NCBI GenBank assembly: GCA_017453125.1
Contig: JAFTKS010000002.1
Coordinates: 20,833-84,832, forward strand
Length of the DNA: 64,000 bases
Direction: 5' to 3'
Source: Clostridia bacterium
GTDB lineage: Bacteria > Bacillota > Clostridia > Christensenellales > UBA1242
Shown here: one piece after another, positions 30,498 to 40,157 of the stretch
Position numbering within the stretch: position 1 is the first letter of the stretch
How the letters are laid out: each line of letters opens with the position of its first letter
Made by a program: the position numbers and the translations under genes
The notes under the pieces: model-generated
The model's database searches: none
Seen by the model: only the letters and a program-made list of their open reading frames with translations
Told to the model about the DNA's origin: nothing

Positions 30498-31295
30498 ATG
30501 GAATTGGAATTTCTAACTTGGGTTAATAATAATCTGCATGGCAGTGGATTTATTAATCAATTATTTAGGTTTATTACATATTTAGGAGAAGACGGTATCG
30601 CTTGGGCGTTACTTGGCGTTGTTTTGCTGTGTTTCAAGAAAACTAGAAAGGCAGGACTTATTCTTCTTGCAGGATTTGCGTCAGTAGTGGTGTTGAATCA
30701 TTTTATTTTGAAAAATATTATTAATAGGCCAAGACCTTTTACAAAACTCTCTGACTTGCAAGATTTTATTACGTCTATTGGAATGACACTTCCTACGTCA
30801 AGTAGTTTTCCTAGTGGTCATACTACAATTTCGATAACTAGTGCAGTAATACTTATTATGTGTTTTGGGAAAAAGGGTGCATGGTCACTAATTCCTGCAA
30901 TCCTTATTTCCATTAGTCGTATATTCCTGTGCGTTCACTATCCAACCGATGTTCTTGGTGGAGTAGTAGAAGGCGTAATATTGGGAATTTTGGTTACAAT
31001 TATTGGTCGTAAAATATTGGATTTTTTAGAAAAGAAATTTAAGCAAAGGAAGCAAAAACAAGGAGCAGATATGGAAGGAAAGATAATAGGAAAAGATATT
31101 GAAGATGATGAGATTGCCAAGGCAAATCCAGTTCCTGAGAATCCAAAGAAAGAAAAGCCTCACGAAAGTATTGTAAAAATCCCAGATCCAAAAGAACTTA
31201 TTATGAAAGAGAGTTTGGAAGAGAGTGATAAACTTCAGGGCGAACAAGAGAAAATAGAGGAGTCTATTGAGGCTAAGAAGAAAGAAAACAAATAA
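30498..31295 (+). CDS. PAP2-family phosphatase (probable undecaprenyl-diphosphatase)
   Basis: KxxxxxxRP (NRPRPF), SFPSGHT and SRxxxxxHxxxD (SRIFLCVHYPTD) motifs, plus a roughly 80-aa Lys/Glu-rich tail. Confidence 0.8.
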   Translation: MELEFLTWVNNNLHGSGFINQLFRFITYLGEDGIAWALLGVVLLCFKKTRKAGLILLAGFASVVVLNHFILKNIINRPRPFTKLSDLQDFITSIGMTLPTSSSFPSGHTTISITSAVILIMCFGKKGAWSLIPAILISISRIFLCVHYPTDVLGGVVEGVILGILVTIIGRKILDFLEKKFKQRKQKQGADMEGKIIGKDIEDDEIAKANPVPENPKKEKPHESIVKIPDPKELIMKESLEESDKLQGEQEKIEESIEAKKKENK

Positions 31296-31342
31296 CAAAA
31301 AAGACATATAGAGAATCATCTATATGTCTTTTACTTAATACT

Positions 31343-31376
31343 AAAAAAACCGAACATAATTGTTCGGCTTTTTTTT
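31343..31376. terminator. bidirectional terminator
   Basis: A-run, CCGAACA / TGTTCGG stem, T-run, between convergent genes. Confidence 0.8.
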
Positions 31377-31384
31377 GTTACAAC

Positions 31385-31597
31385 TTAAGCAAGAACTGTA
31401 ACGTCTTTCTTAGTAACCATAGTTACAAGATCGATAACCCAGAAAATGAATCCAAATGGAATGTTTAGGATTCCGCCAATAAGGTTACCTCTAGAGAATC
31501 TAACTAGGATTCCCAAAATCCAACTTGTAGCAGGAATAATTGCTAGAATCAAACTAACAATATATGGAAGTCCGAAGTAAGCTTTTTGTTTTGCCAT
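31385..31597 (-). CDS. small two-TM membrane protein
   Basis: 70 aa. AAGGAG RBS, own TTGACA-17-TAAACT promoter upstream, two hydrophobic helices. Confidence 0.5.
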   Translation of the reverse strand: MAKQKAYFGLPYIVSLILAIIPATSWILGILVRFSRGNLIGGILNIPFGFIFWVIDLVTMVTKKDVTVLA

Positions 31598-31785
31598 TTC
31601 TATATCTCCTTAAATTTATTTGTAACAATTCAATTCAAATTTGAATATTCTACTTATTTAGTTTAAAAAATTTGAGGAATAATGTCAATTGTTTTCTAAA
31701 ATCTTTTATACAAATTTGAATGTTTTTGAAATTGTAACTATTTGAAGATATTTATGATACGAACAACTGATTTAGAACTATTTTT

Positions 31786-31944
31786 TTAAAATTCGTTAAA
31801 ATCACTGCTAACAAATGATCTACTACAGCATCCGCTGAAAGTGATAAATGGATTTTCGCAGGAATTGCAGTTACAATTATTTCTGCAATTATTATTGCAG
31901 TTGTTATGCCAAGAATGATTTCTATTACATCTATTACAACACAT
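31786..31944 (-). CDS. candidate Cys/Asn-rich micropeptide (52 aa)
   Basis: ATG at 31944, 6 nt after a perfect AAGGAG (31951-31956 on the plus strand). Hand translation: MCCNRCNRNHSWHNNCNNNCRNNCNCNSCENPFITFSGCCSRSFVSSDFNEF. It is below the ORF-track size cutoff. Confidence 0.3.
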   Translation of the reverse strand: MCCNRCNRNHSWHNNCNNNCRNNCNCNSCENPFITFSGCCSRSFVSSDFNEF

Positions 31945-32096
31945 ATTATTCTCCTTATTCTTTTGTTTTGGTGAGGAGTTCTCCTCAATTTATTCTATGA
32001 TATATGTGTAAAATTTGTGTTGGTAATTCTTGCTTATTTGTCTTGTCTTTTGGGTGTAAATATGTTAATATTTTTTATAGTAAAAGGAAGTAAATT

Positions 32097-32741
32097 ATGG
32101 ATATTGTAAAGATTGTTGAACAAAAGATGGGACAAAATTCTTATTTGATTATAAAAGACGAAGATGCAATTCTTATTGATGCGGGAGTTGTTGTGTCTCA
32201 AGTAGAAGAAAATTTGAAAGTATTTTCTCCAAAGCCAAAGCTAAGAGCGGTACTTCTTACTCATTGTCATTTTGACCATATTAGGGAACTTGATAATTTA
32301 ATAAAAAAATATGAGTGTCCTGCGTATATATTTAAATCGGGAAAACCAATGCTTTATAATGAGAATCATAATTTGTCTTGCCTTGAGGCACCATTTAAGA
32401 TTAAGGCAAAAAAAGATATCAAGACATTCAAGGATTCGGAAGAACTTGTTTTCGGAAACATTCAAGTACTGTGTTACAATACCCCAGGTCATAGTGTCGA
32501 TAGTAGTGTTTTTGTAATTGGCGATAATATGTTTACAGGCGATACTGTGTTCAAAATTGAGGTTGGTCGAACTGATCTATATAGTGGGCAAGAAGATGTT
32601 CAATTAATTAGTTTGAAGAGGATAAGAGATGACTTGAGTCGGGATATTAAGCATTTTTATCCTGGACACGGTCCAAATTTTAATAAAGAAGATATGAAAT
32701 ACAATATTGATAGAATATTGGGAGAAAATGAATGGATTTAA
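32097..32741 (+). CDS. MBL-fold metallo-hydrolase
   Basis: LLTHCHFDHI motif, plus a downstream GHS and a C-terminal PGHG. Confidence 0.85.
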   Translation: MDIVKIVEQKMGQNSYLIIKDEDAILIDAGVVVSQVEENLKVFSPKPKLRAVLLTHCHFDHIRELDNLIKKYECPAYIFKSGKPMLYNENHNLSCLEAPFKIKAKKDIKTFKDSEELVFGNIQVLCYNTPGHSVDSSVFVIGDNMFTGDTVFKIEVGRTDLYSGQEDVQLISLKRIRDDLSRDIKHFYPGHGPNFNKEDMKYNIDRILGENEWI

Positions 32742-34408
32742 AAAATATAGTTTATGATAGTTTGAAAGATATTTCAATTTTGACAGGGATTGAGAATCTT
32801 CAAGAACTACTTGTATATACTAATGATATAAAAAACGGAGACATTTCTTTGCCTTGTTTTTCTTTGGCAAAAACTCTTAGAAAGAGTCCTGTTGCAATTG
32901 CTGATGAAATTAAGGAAAATGTTTCGTCCGATTATTTTGATAAAATTGAGAATGTCAACGGATATTTGAACTTCTTTTTGAATAGAAAGAAAGTCTTTGA
33001 GTTGGTGTGTGAATATTTGTCTGGAGAGACCAATACACAACCTGGCAAAGGCAAGACTTTGTTTATTGACTTTAGCAGTTTAAATTTGGCTAAGTATATG
33101 CATATTGGGCATTTGTCAACTACTGTTATTGGTAGTGTAATTGCTAACACTTATGAGTATCTTGGCTATGATGTAAAAAGACTTAATTACGTTGGAGATT
33201 ATGGTACGCCTTTTGGGAAGATGATTACCGCTATTTTGAAATGGGGCGATGTTGAGAAGATTGAGGCTGAGGGTGTTGATTATATTCAGGGGCTATATGT
33301 CAAGTTTAATGTAGAGGCAGAGAAAGATGAATCTCTTATGAATGAGGCTCGTGAATGGTTTTTAAAGATTGAAAACAAAGACCCGGAGGCTATGGAAATT
33401 TATAACAAAATTATTCGTGTTTCAATCAAAGAGGCAGAGAGACTATGTAATATACTTGAGATATATTTCGATAGTTGGATTGGCGAGGCTTTCTATAACG
33501 ATAAACTTCAGCCAGTTATTGAAGAACTTGATAACAAAGAACTTTTGCAGGTGAGTCAGGGTGCTAAAATTGTTGATCTTGAGAAGTATAACCTAGGCGT
33601 ATGTATGATACAGAAGAGTGATGGTGCAAGCTTGTATGCAACAAGAGACTTGGCAACTGCTCTAGATAGATGGGAAAGATATCATTTTGATTTGGGGCTT
33701 TATGTAACAAGTGTTCAACAAAAACTACACTTTGAAAGATGGTTCAAGGTTCTTGAACTTATGGGCAAAGATTATGCACAGAATTTAAAACATATTACAT
33801 ATGGAACATATAGTTTGCCTAGTGGAAAGATTGGTAGTAGGTTTGGAAAACAAGCACTAGTAAAAGATATGATTGAGATATCTGTCAGCAAAGCTAAAGA
33901 AATCGTATCAACTAGAGGAAGTAAGGTTGCTGATATAGATAAATTAAGTCAAGAGATAGGTATAGGTGCTGTTAAATTCGGTGTACTTAAGACCGAGAGA
34001 ATCAAAGATTGTGTATTTGACCTTGATGCAAGTCTTAACTTTGATGGAGAAACGAGTCCATATTTGCAGTATACACACGCTAGATGTTGCAGTATTTTAA
34101 AGAATGCAGAAGGAAAAGACGCTCAATACTCGCTTGATGATATAGACAATGTAGATACATTTGAGCTTATAAAGCATATTAGTAATTTTGAGAAAAATGT
34201 AATTGAGTCTGCCAGGGATTTTGAGCCTTGCTATATTAGTAGGTATTTGATTAATTTAAGTTCACTATTTAATAAGTTCTATAATAACTATAGAATTATT
34301 GAGAATGAAAAAGTAAGCAAAGCCCGTTTGCAAGTTGTTGGATTTGTAAAAGATGCTCTTGCAAAAGGGCTTAAACTTCTTGGAATCAATGCTCCAGAAA
34401 GTATGTAA
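32732..34408 (+). CDS. argS: arginine--tRNA ligase
   Basis: 558 aa class I aaRS with an HIGH motif (MHIGHL) and a DALR anticodon-binding C-terminus. Confidence 0.95.
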   Translation: MDLKNIVYDSLKDISILTGIENLQELLVYTNDIKNGDISLPCFSLAKTLRKSPVAIADEIKENVSSDYFDKIENVNGYLNFFLNRKKVFELVCEYLSGETNTQPGKGKTLFIDFSSLNLAKYMHIGHLSTTVIGSVIANTYEYLGYDVKRLNYVGDYGTPFGKMITAILKWGDVEKIEAEGVDYIQGLYVKFNVEAEKDESLMNEAREWFLKIENKDPEAMEIYNKIIRVSIKEAERLCNILEIYFDSWIGEAFYNDKLQPVIEELDNKELLQVSQGAKIVDLEKYNLGVCMIQKSDGASLYATRDLATALDRWERYHFDLGLYVTSVQQKLHFERWFKVLELMGKDYAQNLKHITYGTYSLPSGKIGSRFGKQALVKDMIEISVSKAKEIVSTRGSKVADIDKLSQEIGIGAVKFGVLKTERIKDCVFDLDASLNFDGETSPYLQYTHARCCSILKNAEGKDAQYSLDDIDNVDTFELIKHISNFEKNVIESARDFEPCYISRYLINLSSLFNKFYNNYRIIENEKVSKARLQVVGFVKDALAKGLKLLGINAPESM

Positions 34409-34459
34409 AATAAAAAACACTTTAATTACTAAAAATTAAAGTGTTTTTTGTTTTGTTGT

Positions 34460-35554
34460 TTAGTCACCCATTTCACTTATATCATCCAATGCTCGTATTT
34501 CACTATCTGGAGCCTTGTGTGGAGCTCCCCAATCATTTTGATTGACTCCACTAGAAGATGCGCTTGTGTCAAGACCTGCTGCTTCATCTTCGCGTCTCTT
34601 GTCTTTTCTAAATTTGTCATAGGAAATGCCTGTAGTTGAGATTTGTTGTGAGTTTTCTTTTCTACGTGCATCATTAGCCTGTTTTTGTGCAGCAGCCTCA
34701 GCCTGTTTACGTTCAGCTTGTTTTTGCCTTGCTGTTTCTATAGCTTGTTCATAGGTAGCTATTTGAGTGTTAAGAAATTCAATGAATGTATTTGAAGGTA
34801 TTTCTTCAGAAAGTACTCGTTTTCTCTCTGATGTAAAAACATCTAAATCTTGACTATAATAGGAATTGTTTGATTTGTTCACAGTAAACAATGAGTAGTG
34901 TTCTAATGCAAAGTTAACATATCTTATAGCGTCTTCTATTTCTATAGTTCGAGTTTTTTTACTAGGGCTAAAGCTAGTTTTGATATCAAGTGCATTGCTT
35001 AGTGCAATGTTGTATTTTTCTATATCTTTATCTTTATAAAGTCCATGCACACAATCTTCAAGTATTTTTGCTTTTTGGTAATTTAATGCGTGTATTATAT
35101 TTGTATTTGGTTGTGCCCAGTTGTTTTTTTTCGCAGTTTTTAATACTTCTAAATATTCATCGGCAATTTGTCTTATAGAATCCAAATTCTGAATATCGGT
35201 AATTTGTTCTAATTGAGACCTGTTTATTCTAAGCTGTTTTGTTTTTATGCTAGGAATAATTGAGTAACGATCAAATGAAATGTTGGTTTTAGGAACTGTG
35301 TCAGGTTCTAAATCTAATTTAAAATGACGATTTTCAGCTTCAGAAATAAAAGCTTGGTGTATTTCTCCGCCACGAAATTGTATGTTTTCCAAAAGACATT
35401 TTTTGTACACATTATCATAAAGTTCTTGGAAATCTTCTGGGCTTGATATTTGTTTCATTCTATTTTTTACATATGAAATGAGTGATTTGGTTGCTTTATT
35501 CTTTCCTATTTCAGGAAGTTGTTGAGTCATATAATTTTTTTCTTTTTGTGCCAC
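34460..35554 (-). CDS. hypothetical protein with disordered charged C-terminus
   Basis: GTG start 9 nt after AGAGG. 364 aa. Last gene of a tight three-gene operon. No recognisable domain. Confidence 0.6.
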   Translation of the reverse strand: MAQKEKNYMTQQLPEIGKNKATKSLISYVKNRMKQISSPEDFQELYDNVYKKCLLENIQFRGGEIHQAFISEAENRHFKLDLEPDTVPKTNISFDRYSIIPSIKTKQLRINRSQLEQITDIQNLDSIRQIADEYLEVLKTAKKNNWAQPNTNIIHALNYQKAKILEDCVHGLYKDKDIEKYNIALSNALDIKTSFSPSKKTRTIEIEDAIRYVNFALEHYSLFTVNKSNNSYYSQDLDVFTSERKRVLSEEIPSNTFIEFLNTQIATYEQAIETARQKQAERKQAEAAAQKQANDARRKENSQQISTTGISYDKFRKDKRREDEAAGLDTSASSSGVNQNDWGAPHKAPDSEIRALDDISEMGD

Positions 35555-35571
35555 TATTTTATACCTCTATT

Positions 35572-35970
35572 TTAATTATTTATCTTTTTGTCTAATTCGT
35601 TGATTGAAGTAAGTAATTTATCTACTAGATTGGGAGTTAATTCGTCTTGGTTGTAGAATTCTTTTAAAATATTTTTCAAGATTTGTTCTTCTTGTTTTAT
35701 ATACATATATACGGGTTGATTTGCTTTGTCGATTTCAATATCATTGGCTTTGTTGATAATTTCTATTAAATTTGGAAGAGATATTTCATATATGTCTTCA
35801 GGTGTATTAGTGTTGCTATTTATTAAATTGTATCGTAAAAGTTGAATTCCTGAAGTTACTCGTAGATAAGTGTTGTCGGATAAAATATTATTAAAATAAG
35901 CCTCATCTATGTACTCTGCTATTATATCAAGTTTGTCTAAAGCTTGTTGTAAAATATCAAATGACTGCAT
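35572..35970 (-). CDS. hypothetical helical protein
   Basis: 132 aa. Its RBS (GGAGAA) is embedded in the last codons of the upstream gene. Confidence 0.6.
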   Translation of the reverse strand: MQSFDILQQALDKLDIIAEYIDEAYFNNILSDNTYLRVTSGIQLLRYNLINSNTNTPEDIYEISLPNLIEIINKANDIEIDKANQPVYMYIKQEEQILKNILKEFYNQDELTPNLVDKLLTSINELDKKINN

Positions 35971-35974
35971 TTGT

Positions 35975-36211
35975 TTATTCTCCCATAAAATAAATTTCTT
36001 TTAAAGTGATATAGTGGTCAAGGGCCATATTATATAAATCTTGGTCTTTGATAGGAAGAATTACTTTTTTGTTTTGTACAATATCAACGTAAGCGAGTAA
36101 AAGTTTTTGATTTAGAACTGGGTTAGATGATCTTTTATCATTTATAACGACAAATTCTGTATTTTCAAATACAAATTTATCAAAAACATCGGATGATATG
36201 TTTAATGCCAT
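35975..36211 (-). CDS. hypothetical small protein
   Basis: 78 aa, first gene of the operon, 4-nt gap to the next gene. Confidence 0.55.
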   Translation of the reverse strand: MALNISSDVFDKFVFENTEFVVINDKRSSNPVLNQKLLLAYVDIVQNKKVILPIKDQDLYNMALDHYITLKEIYFMGE

Positions 36212-36388
36212 AATATTTTTCCTTTTTGTTTAAAATAGCATATTTTTATTTGTAAAGCAACTAAAAAATAAGTACTGGGGAAAAAAACAATGTTTTAAAG
36301 CCTTAATAATATGATATGGTATGTTTTTTTAATGTAATAGTAATGAAATGTTTATTTGGGTGTTGTCTATTTTATTAATAAATACACT

Positions 36389-36417
36389 TGACATAGTTTT
36401 TGTCGAGTGATACACTA
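36389..36417 (+). promoter_or_regulatory. pheST promoter
   Basis: TTGACA - 17 nt - TACACT, with a TGn extended -10. Confidence 0.6.
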
Positions 36418-36423
36418 ATTAAG

Positions 36424-36670
36424 TTTAATAAAAACTATGATGATATTATAGTAGAATATACAAACGAATAAAGAGAGTAGGTGTCATGGGCTGAGAGCAT
36501 CTATATTATAGTTGTATGTTTGAATTTCGAATATCGGAGTTGCTAATAGAAATATTAGACGGATATGTCTCCGTAAAAAAGATAAATCAAGGAAGTTTAA
36601 AACTTTGAAATAGGGTGGTACCACGAACAATTTCGTCCCTATAGCCGTTGGGCTATAGGGACTTTTTGTA
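36424..36670 (+). promoter_or_regulatory. T-box leader (Phe)
   Basis: Conserved T-box AATAGGGTGGTACCACG at 36609-36627, followed by the terminator GTCCCTATAGCC/GGCTATAGGGAC plus a T-run (36635-36667). AGAGA element at about 36472. Candidate UUC specifier at 36526-36528. Lies directly upstream of pheS. Confidence 0.85.
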
Positions 36671-36690
36671 TTGAATAAAAGGAGAAAAAT

Positions 36691-37716
36691 ATGAAAGAAT
36701 TAGACGAAATTAAGAAATTATTTGAAGAAAGCCTTGGGTTAGTCAAGACAATGGAAGATTTGAATAATCTAAGGACCAATTTTTTAGGTAAAAGTGGACA
36801 TTTGACAACTTGTATGAAACTCATCAAAGATATGTCGCCTGAGGATAAAAAGTCGTTTGGTGTTGGCGTTAATGTATTAAAAGATGAAGTTAACAAGGGT
36901 ATTGCCGAAAAACAAGTTGAGTTGGAAAATTTGGCTATTGAGAAAGAACTAGCAGATATGCCAAAGGTGGATTTGACAACTCCTACTGGCAAGGAAAAAG
37001 GTAGCCTTCATCCTGTAACTATTATTGAGCAGAGACTTGGAAATATTTTCCGTAGTATGGGCTTTACTATTGAAGATGGAAATGAGGTAGAGACAGAATA
37101 TAATAACTTTGAGGCTGTTAATATTCCAAAGTTCCACCCAGCAAGAGATATGCAAGATACTTTCTATCTTAATAATGGACAAGTTTTGAAGACCCATACA
37201 TCTGCAAGTCAAAATAGAATTATGAGAAAATATGGTGCTCCACTCAAGGCAATTTTCCCAGGAAGATGTTTTAGAAATGAAGAGCTAGATGCAAGTCACG
37301 AGAATACGTTCTTCCAAATGGAAGGAATGATGATAGATAAGAATGTGTCTATTAGCAACCTTATTTATTTTATGAAAACAATGTTGTCAGAAGTATTTGA
37401 GAGAGAAGTTAATGTTAGACTTAGACCAGGCTTTTTTCCATTCGTAGAACCTGGCTTTGAACTTGATTGTTCTTGTCCATATTGCGGAGGAAAAGGTTGT
37501 AGGGTTTGTAAGCATAGTGGCTGGATAGAACTTTGTCCTTGTGGAATGATTCATCCAAACGTTCTTAAAATGGGCGGTATTGACCCTGAGGAGTATCAAG
37601 GTTTTGCGTTCGGTTTGGGATTGAGTAGGCTTGTAATGATGACCTATGGTTTTGGTGACATTAGACACCTTAATGGAAAAGATTTGAAAATATTAGAGCA
37701 GACAAAGTTGAAATAG
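36691..37716 (+). CDS. pheS: phenylalanine--tRNA ligase alpha subunit
   Basis: 341 aa with class II motifs (FRNEELDASHENTFFQMEG, GFAFGLGLSRL). Confidence 0.95.
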   Translation: MKELDEIKKLFEESLGLVKTMEDLNNLRTNFLGKSGHLTTCMKLIKDMSPEDKKSFGVGVNVLKDEVNKGIAEKQVELENLAIEKELADMPKVDLTTPTGKEKGSLHPVTIIEQRLGNIFRSMGFTIEDGNEVETEYNNFEAVNIPKFHPARDMQDTFYLNNGQVLKTHTSASQNRIMRKYGAPLKAIFPGRCFRNEELDASHENTFFQMEGMMIDKNVSISNLIYFMKTMLSEVFEREVNVRLRPGFFPFVEPGFELDCSCPYCGGKGCRVCKHSGWIELCPCGMIHPNVLKMGGIDPEEYQGFAFGLGLSRLVMMTYGFGDIRHLNGKDLKILEQTKLK

Positions 37717-37725
37717 GAGGAAGTT

Positions 37726-40092
37726 ATGTATATTTCACTTAATTGGATAAAAGATTTCGTTGACCTTGATGGTCTTGATATATATGATATTGCAAATAAA
37801 TTCACTCTATCTTGTGCAGAAGTAGAAGATGTTATTGAAAAAGGAAAAGATATTAGCGGGATTATTTCTGCAAGGATTGAAAGTGTTGAGAATCATCCTG
37901 AGAGTAAAAAACTTCATATTCTTAAGGTGAATACTGGAAAAGATGTTGTACAAGTTGTGTGTGGTGCGCCAAACGTTAGAGTTGGAATGGTTACTGCATT
38001 TGCTCAAATTGGTGCAAAGCTTGGTGACATTGTTATTGGTAAGGCAAAACTTGCTGGTGTAGAAAGTAATGGAATGTGTTGTAGTGCCAAAGAAATCGGG
38101 ATTTCAGATAATCACGATGGCATTATGGATCTTGGAGATGATACACAAATAGGTGTTGACCTTAAAGAAATGTTTCCTATAGAAGACGTTCTTATTGATG
38201 TTGACAATAAGTCACTTACAAATAGACCAGATATGTGGGGACATTATGGAATTGCAAGAGAAATTGCTGCAATTACAGGTAGACCACTCAAGGAATATGT
38301 TGTAGATAATACAGATTATTCAAAGTTGAAACCTTTGAATGTGGAAGTTAAGAGTGATAGCTGTTATAGATATTCTGCTCTTAGAATAGAGAACATATCT
38401 CAAAATGTTTCTCCAATGACTATGCAAATAAGGCTTTATTATTGTGGAATGAGAGCAATTTCTTTGCTTGCCGATTTGACAAACTATATTATGCTTGAAC
38501 TTGGTCAACCAATGCATAGTTTTAATGGTTCAAAAGTAGAAAGTATTGTCGTTCGTGATGTTGAAAAAGATACAGAATTCACAACTCTTGATGGAAACAA
38601 AAGAGTTCTTCCTGAAGGGACAATGGTTATTGACCTCAATAGCGAAATCGGCGCTATTGCAGGTATAATGGGTGGACTTAGTAGTGAGATAGAAGATGAT
38701 ACAACATCTACATTCTTAGAAAGTGCAACATTTGATGCTGTAAAAGTTAGAAAAACAGCAACAGCTTTGGGACTTCGAAGTGAGTCTAGTGCAAGATATG
38801 AAAAGAGTCTAGATCCAGAAATGACTACACTTGCATTGAAAAGATATTCTCATCTTTTAAAACAAATTGATAATGGTGCGACAGTTGTAAGTTCTATTAC
38901 AGACAAGTATAAAAAGAAATATGACAAGATTTCAATTGATGTTGAGAAGGCTTATATTGATAGATACGCAGGAATTGAAATTCCAAAAGAAAGAATGGAG
39001 TCAATCCTTAAATCTCTTGGCTTTGGCGTGGCAGTCAAGGGTGAAACATTCCATATAGATGTACCATCTTGGAGAGCAACAAAAGATATTTCTATCAAGG
39101 CAGATATTGTTGAGGAGATTACAAGAGTATTTGGTTATGATAATATTGAGGCTCTGCCAACTTATCAACCAGTTAAAATGACTAGAATTTCTAGAGATGT
39201 AACTAGAGAATATGATGTGAAATATGCATTGGCTGATAAGTATAATATGCACGAGGTTCATAGTTATATCTGGGAAGATGCTGTGGCAAACGAAAGTCTA
39301 GGAATCAAGACCGAGTCGTATATACATCTAGTTAATTCTCTTCAGAAAGATAATGATGATATTAGAAGTACAATGCTACCAACTATTATTAGAGCATTGA
39401 TGCAAAACAAGAAATACAAATCAGAATTTGGAATCTTTGAAGTAGGACATATTGTCACAGGAATGCAAGACAACTTGGCAGTCGAGGAGAAATCCTTGGG
39501 TATGGGTTGGATGTTTGAAAAGTCAAGTCTTGAAAGCAAGTTGATTGATGTGAAAGAAACTATTCAATATATCTTTGAATATATCTTAAAACTTCCTTTA
39601 AAAATTGTTGTATACAAAAACAAAATTAATTACCTTGCGCCTGTTAATAGTTATGAGTTAATATGTGACGGCGAGTCGGTTGGTCTTATTGGCGTAGTTC
39701 ATCCTACAATTCAAAATAAGATTGACAAAGACAAATATATGATTGTATCTGAGATAAATGTAACAAAATTAAACAAGAAGGATTCTGTTGCATATAAAGT
39801 AGCTCAAGTTTCCAAATATCCAGTAACAACTCTAGACTTTAACTTTGTTCTAAGTTGTGATGATGTCTATGGAACAATTGAAAATGTTGCAAATACAATT
39901 GAAACAGATCTTTCTTATAGGTCAGAACTTGTTGATATATTCTTTAATAAAGAGGCGAATAACAAGAGTTATACAATTAGATATTATGTAACTAGTATGG
40001 AACATACCCTATCAAGTGCAGAGATTGAGTCTTTCCACAAGAAAGTAATTGAGACATTTGAGAAAAAGAATATTCATCTTAAGGCAGAATAA
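37726..40092 (+). CDS. pheT: phenylalanine--tRNA ligase beta subunit
   Basis: 788 aa. N-terminus MYISLNWIKDFVDL, tRNA-binding OB domain, B3/4 and B5 regions. Confidence 0.95.
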   Translation: MYISLNWIKDFVDLDGLDIYDIANKFTLSCAEVEDVIEKGKDISGIISARIESVENHPESKKLHILKVNTGKDVVQVVCGAPNVRVGMVTAFAQIGAKLGDIVIGKAKLAGVESNGMCCSAKEIGISDNHDGIMDLGDDTQIGVDLKEMFPIEDVLIDVDNKSLTNRPDMWGHYGIAREIAAITGRPLKEYVVDNTDYSKLKPLNVEVKSDSCYRYSALRIENISQNVSPMTMQIRLYYCGMRAISLLADLTNYIMLELGQPMHSFNGSKVESIVVRDVEKDTEFTTLDGNKRVLPEGTMVIDLNSEIGAIAGIMGGLSSEIEDDTTSTFLESATFDAVKVRKTATALGLRSESSARYEKSLDPEMTTLALKRYSHLLKQIDNGATVVSSITDKYKKKYDKISIDVEKAYIDRYAGIEIPKERMESILKSLGFGVAVKGETFHIDVPSWRATKDISIKADIVEEITRVFGYDNIEALPTYQPVKMTRISRDVTREYDVKYALADKYNMHEVHSYIWEDAVANESLGIKTESYIHLVNSLQKDNDDIRSTMLPTIIRALMQNKKYKSEFGIFEVGHIVTGMQDNLAVEEKSLGMGWMFEKSSLESKLIDVKETIQYIFEYILKLPLKIVVYKNKINYLAPVNSYELICDGESVGLIGVVHPTIQNKIDKDKYMIVSEINVTKLNKKDSVAYKVAQVSKYPVTTLDFNFVLSCDDVYGTIENVANTIETDLSYRSELVDIFFNKEANNKSYTIRYYVTSMEHTLSSAEIESFHKKVIETFEKKNIHLKAE

Positions 40093-40100
40093 ACAAAAAA

Positions 40101-40125
40101 GCATAGATATTTCTATGCTTTTTTT
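40101..40125. terminator. bidirectional terminator
   Basis: GCATAGA / TCTATGC stem flanked by an A-run and a T-run, between convergent pheT and the nucleoside hydrolase gene. Confidence 0.8.
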
Positions 40126-40157
40126 GTTTATTATAATAATGAAGTGATTGATATGTT

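Noticed and set aside
31752-31988. 78-aa hydrophobic ORF from the track (TTG start).
   Set aside because: It has no ATG or GTG start and no RBS upstream of the TTG. The alternative frame has a perfect AAGGAG-6-ATG. It is kept only as the competing hypothesis to the Cys-rich micro-ORF.
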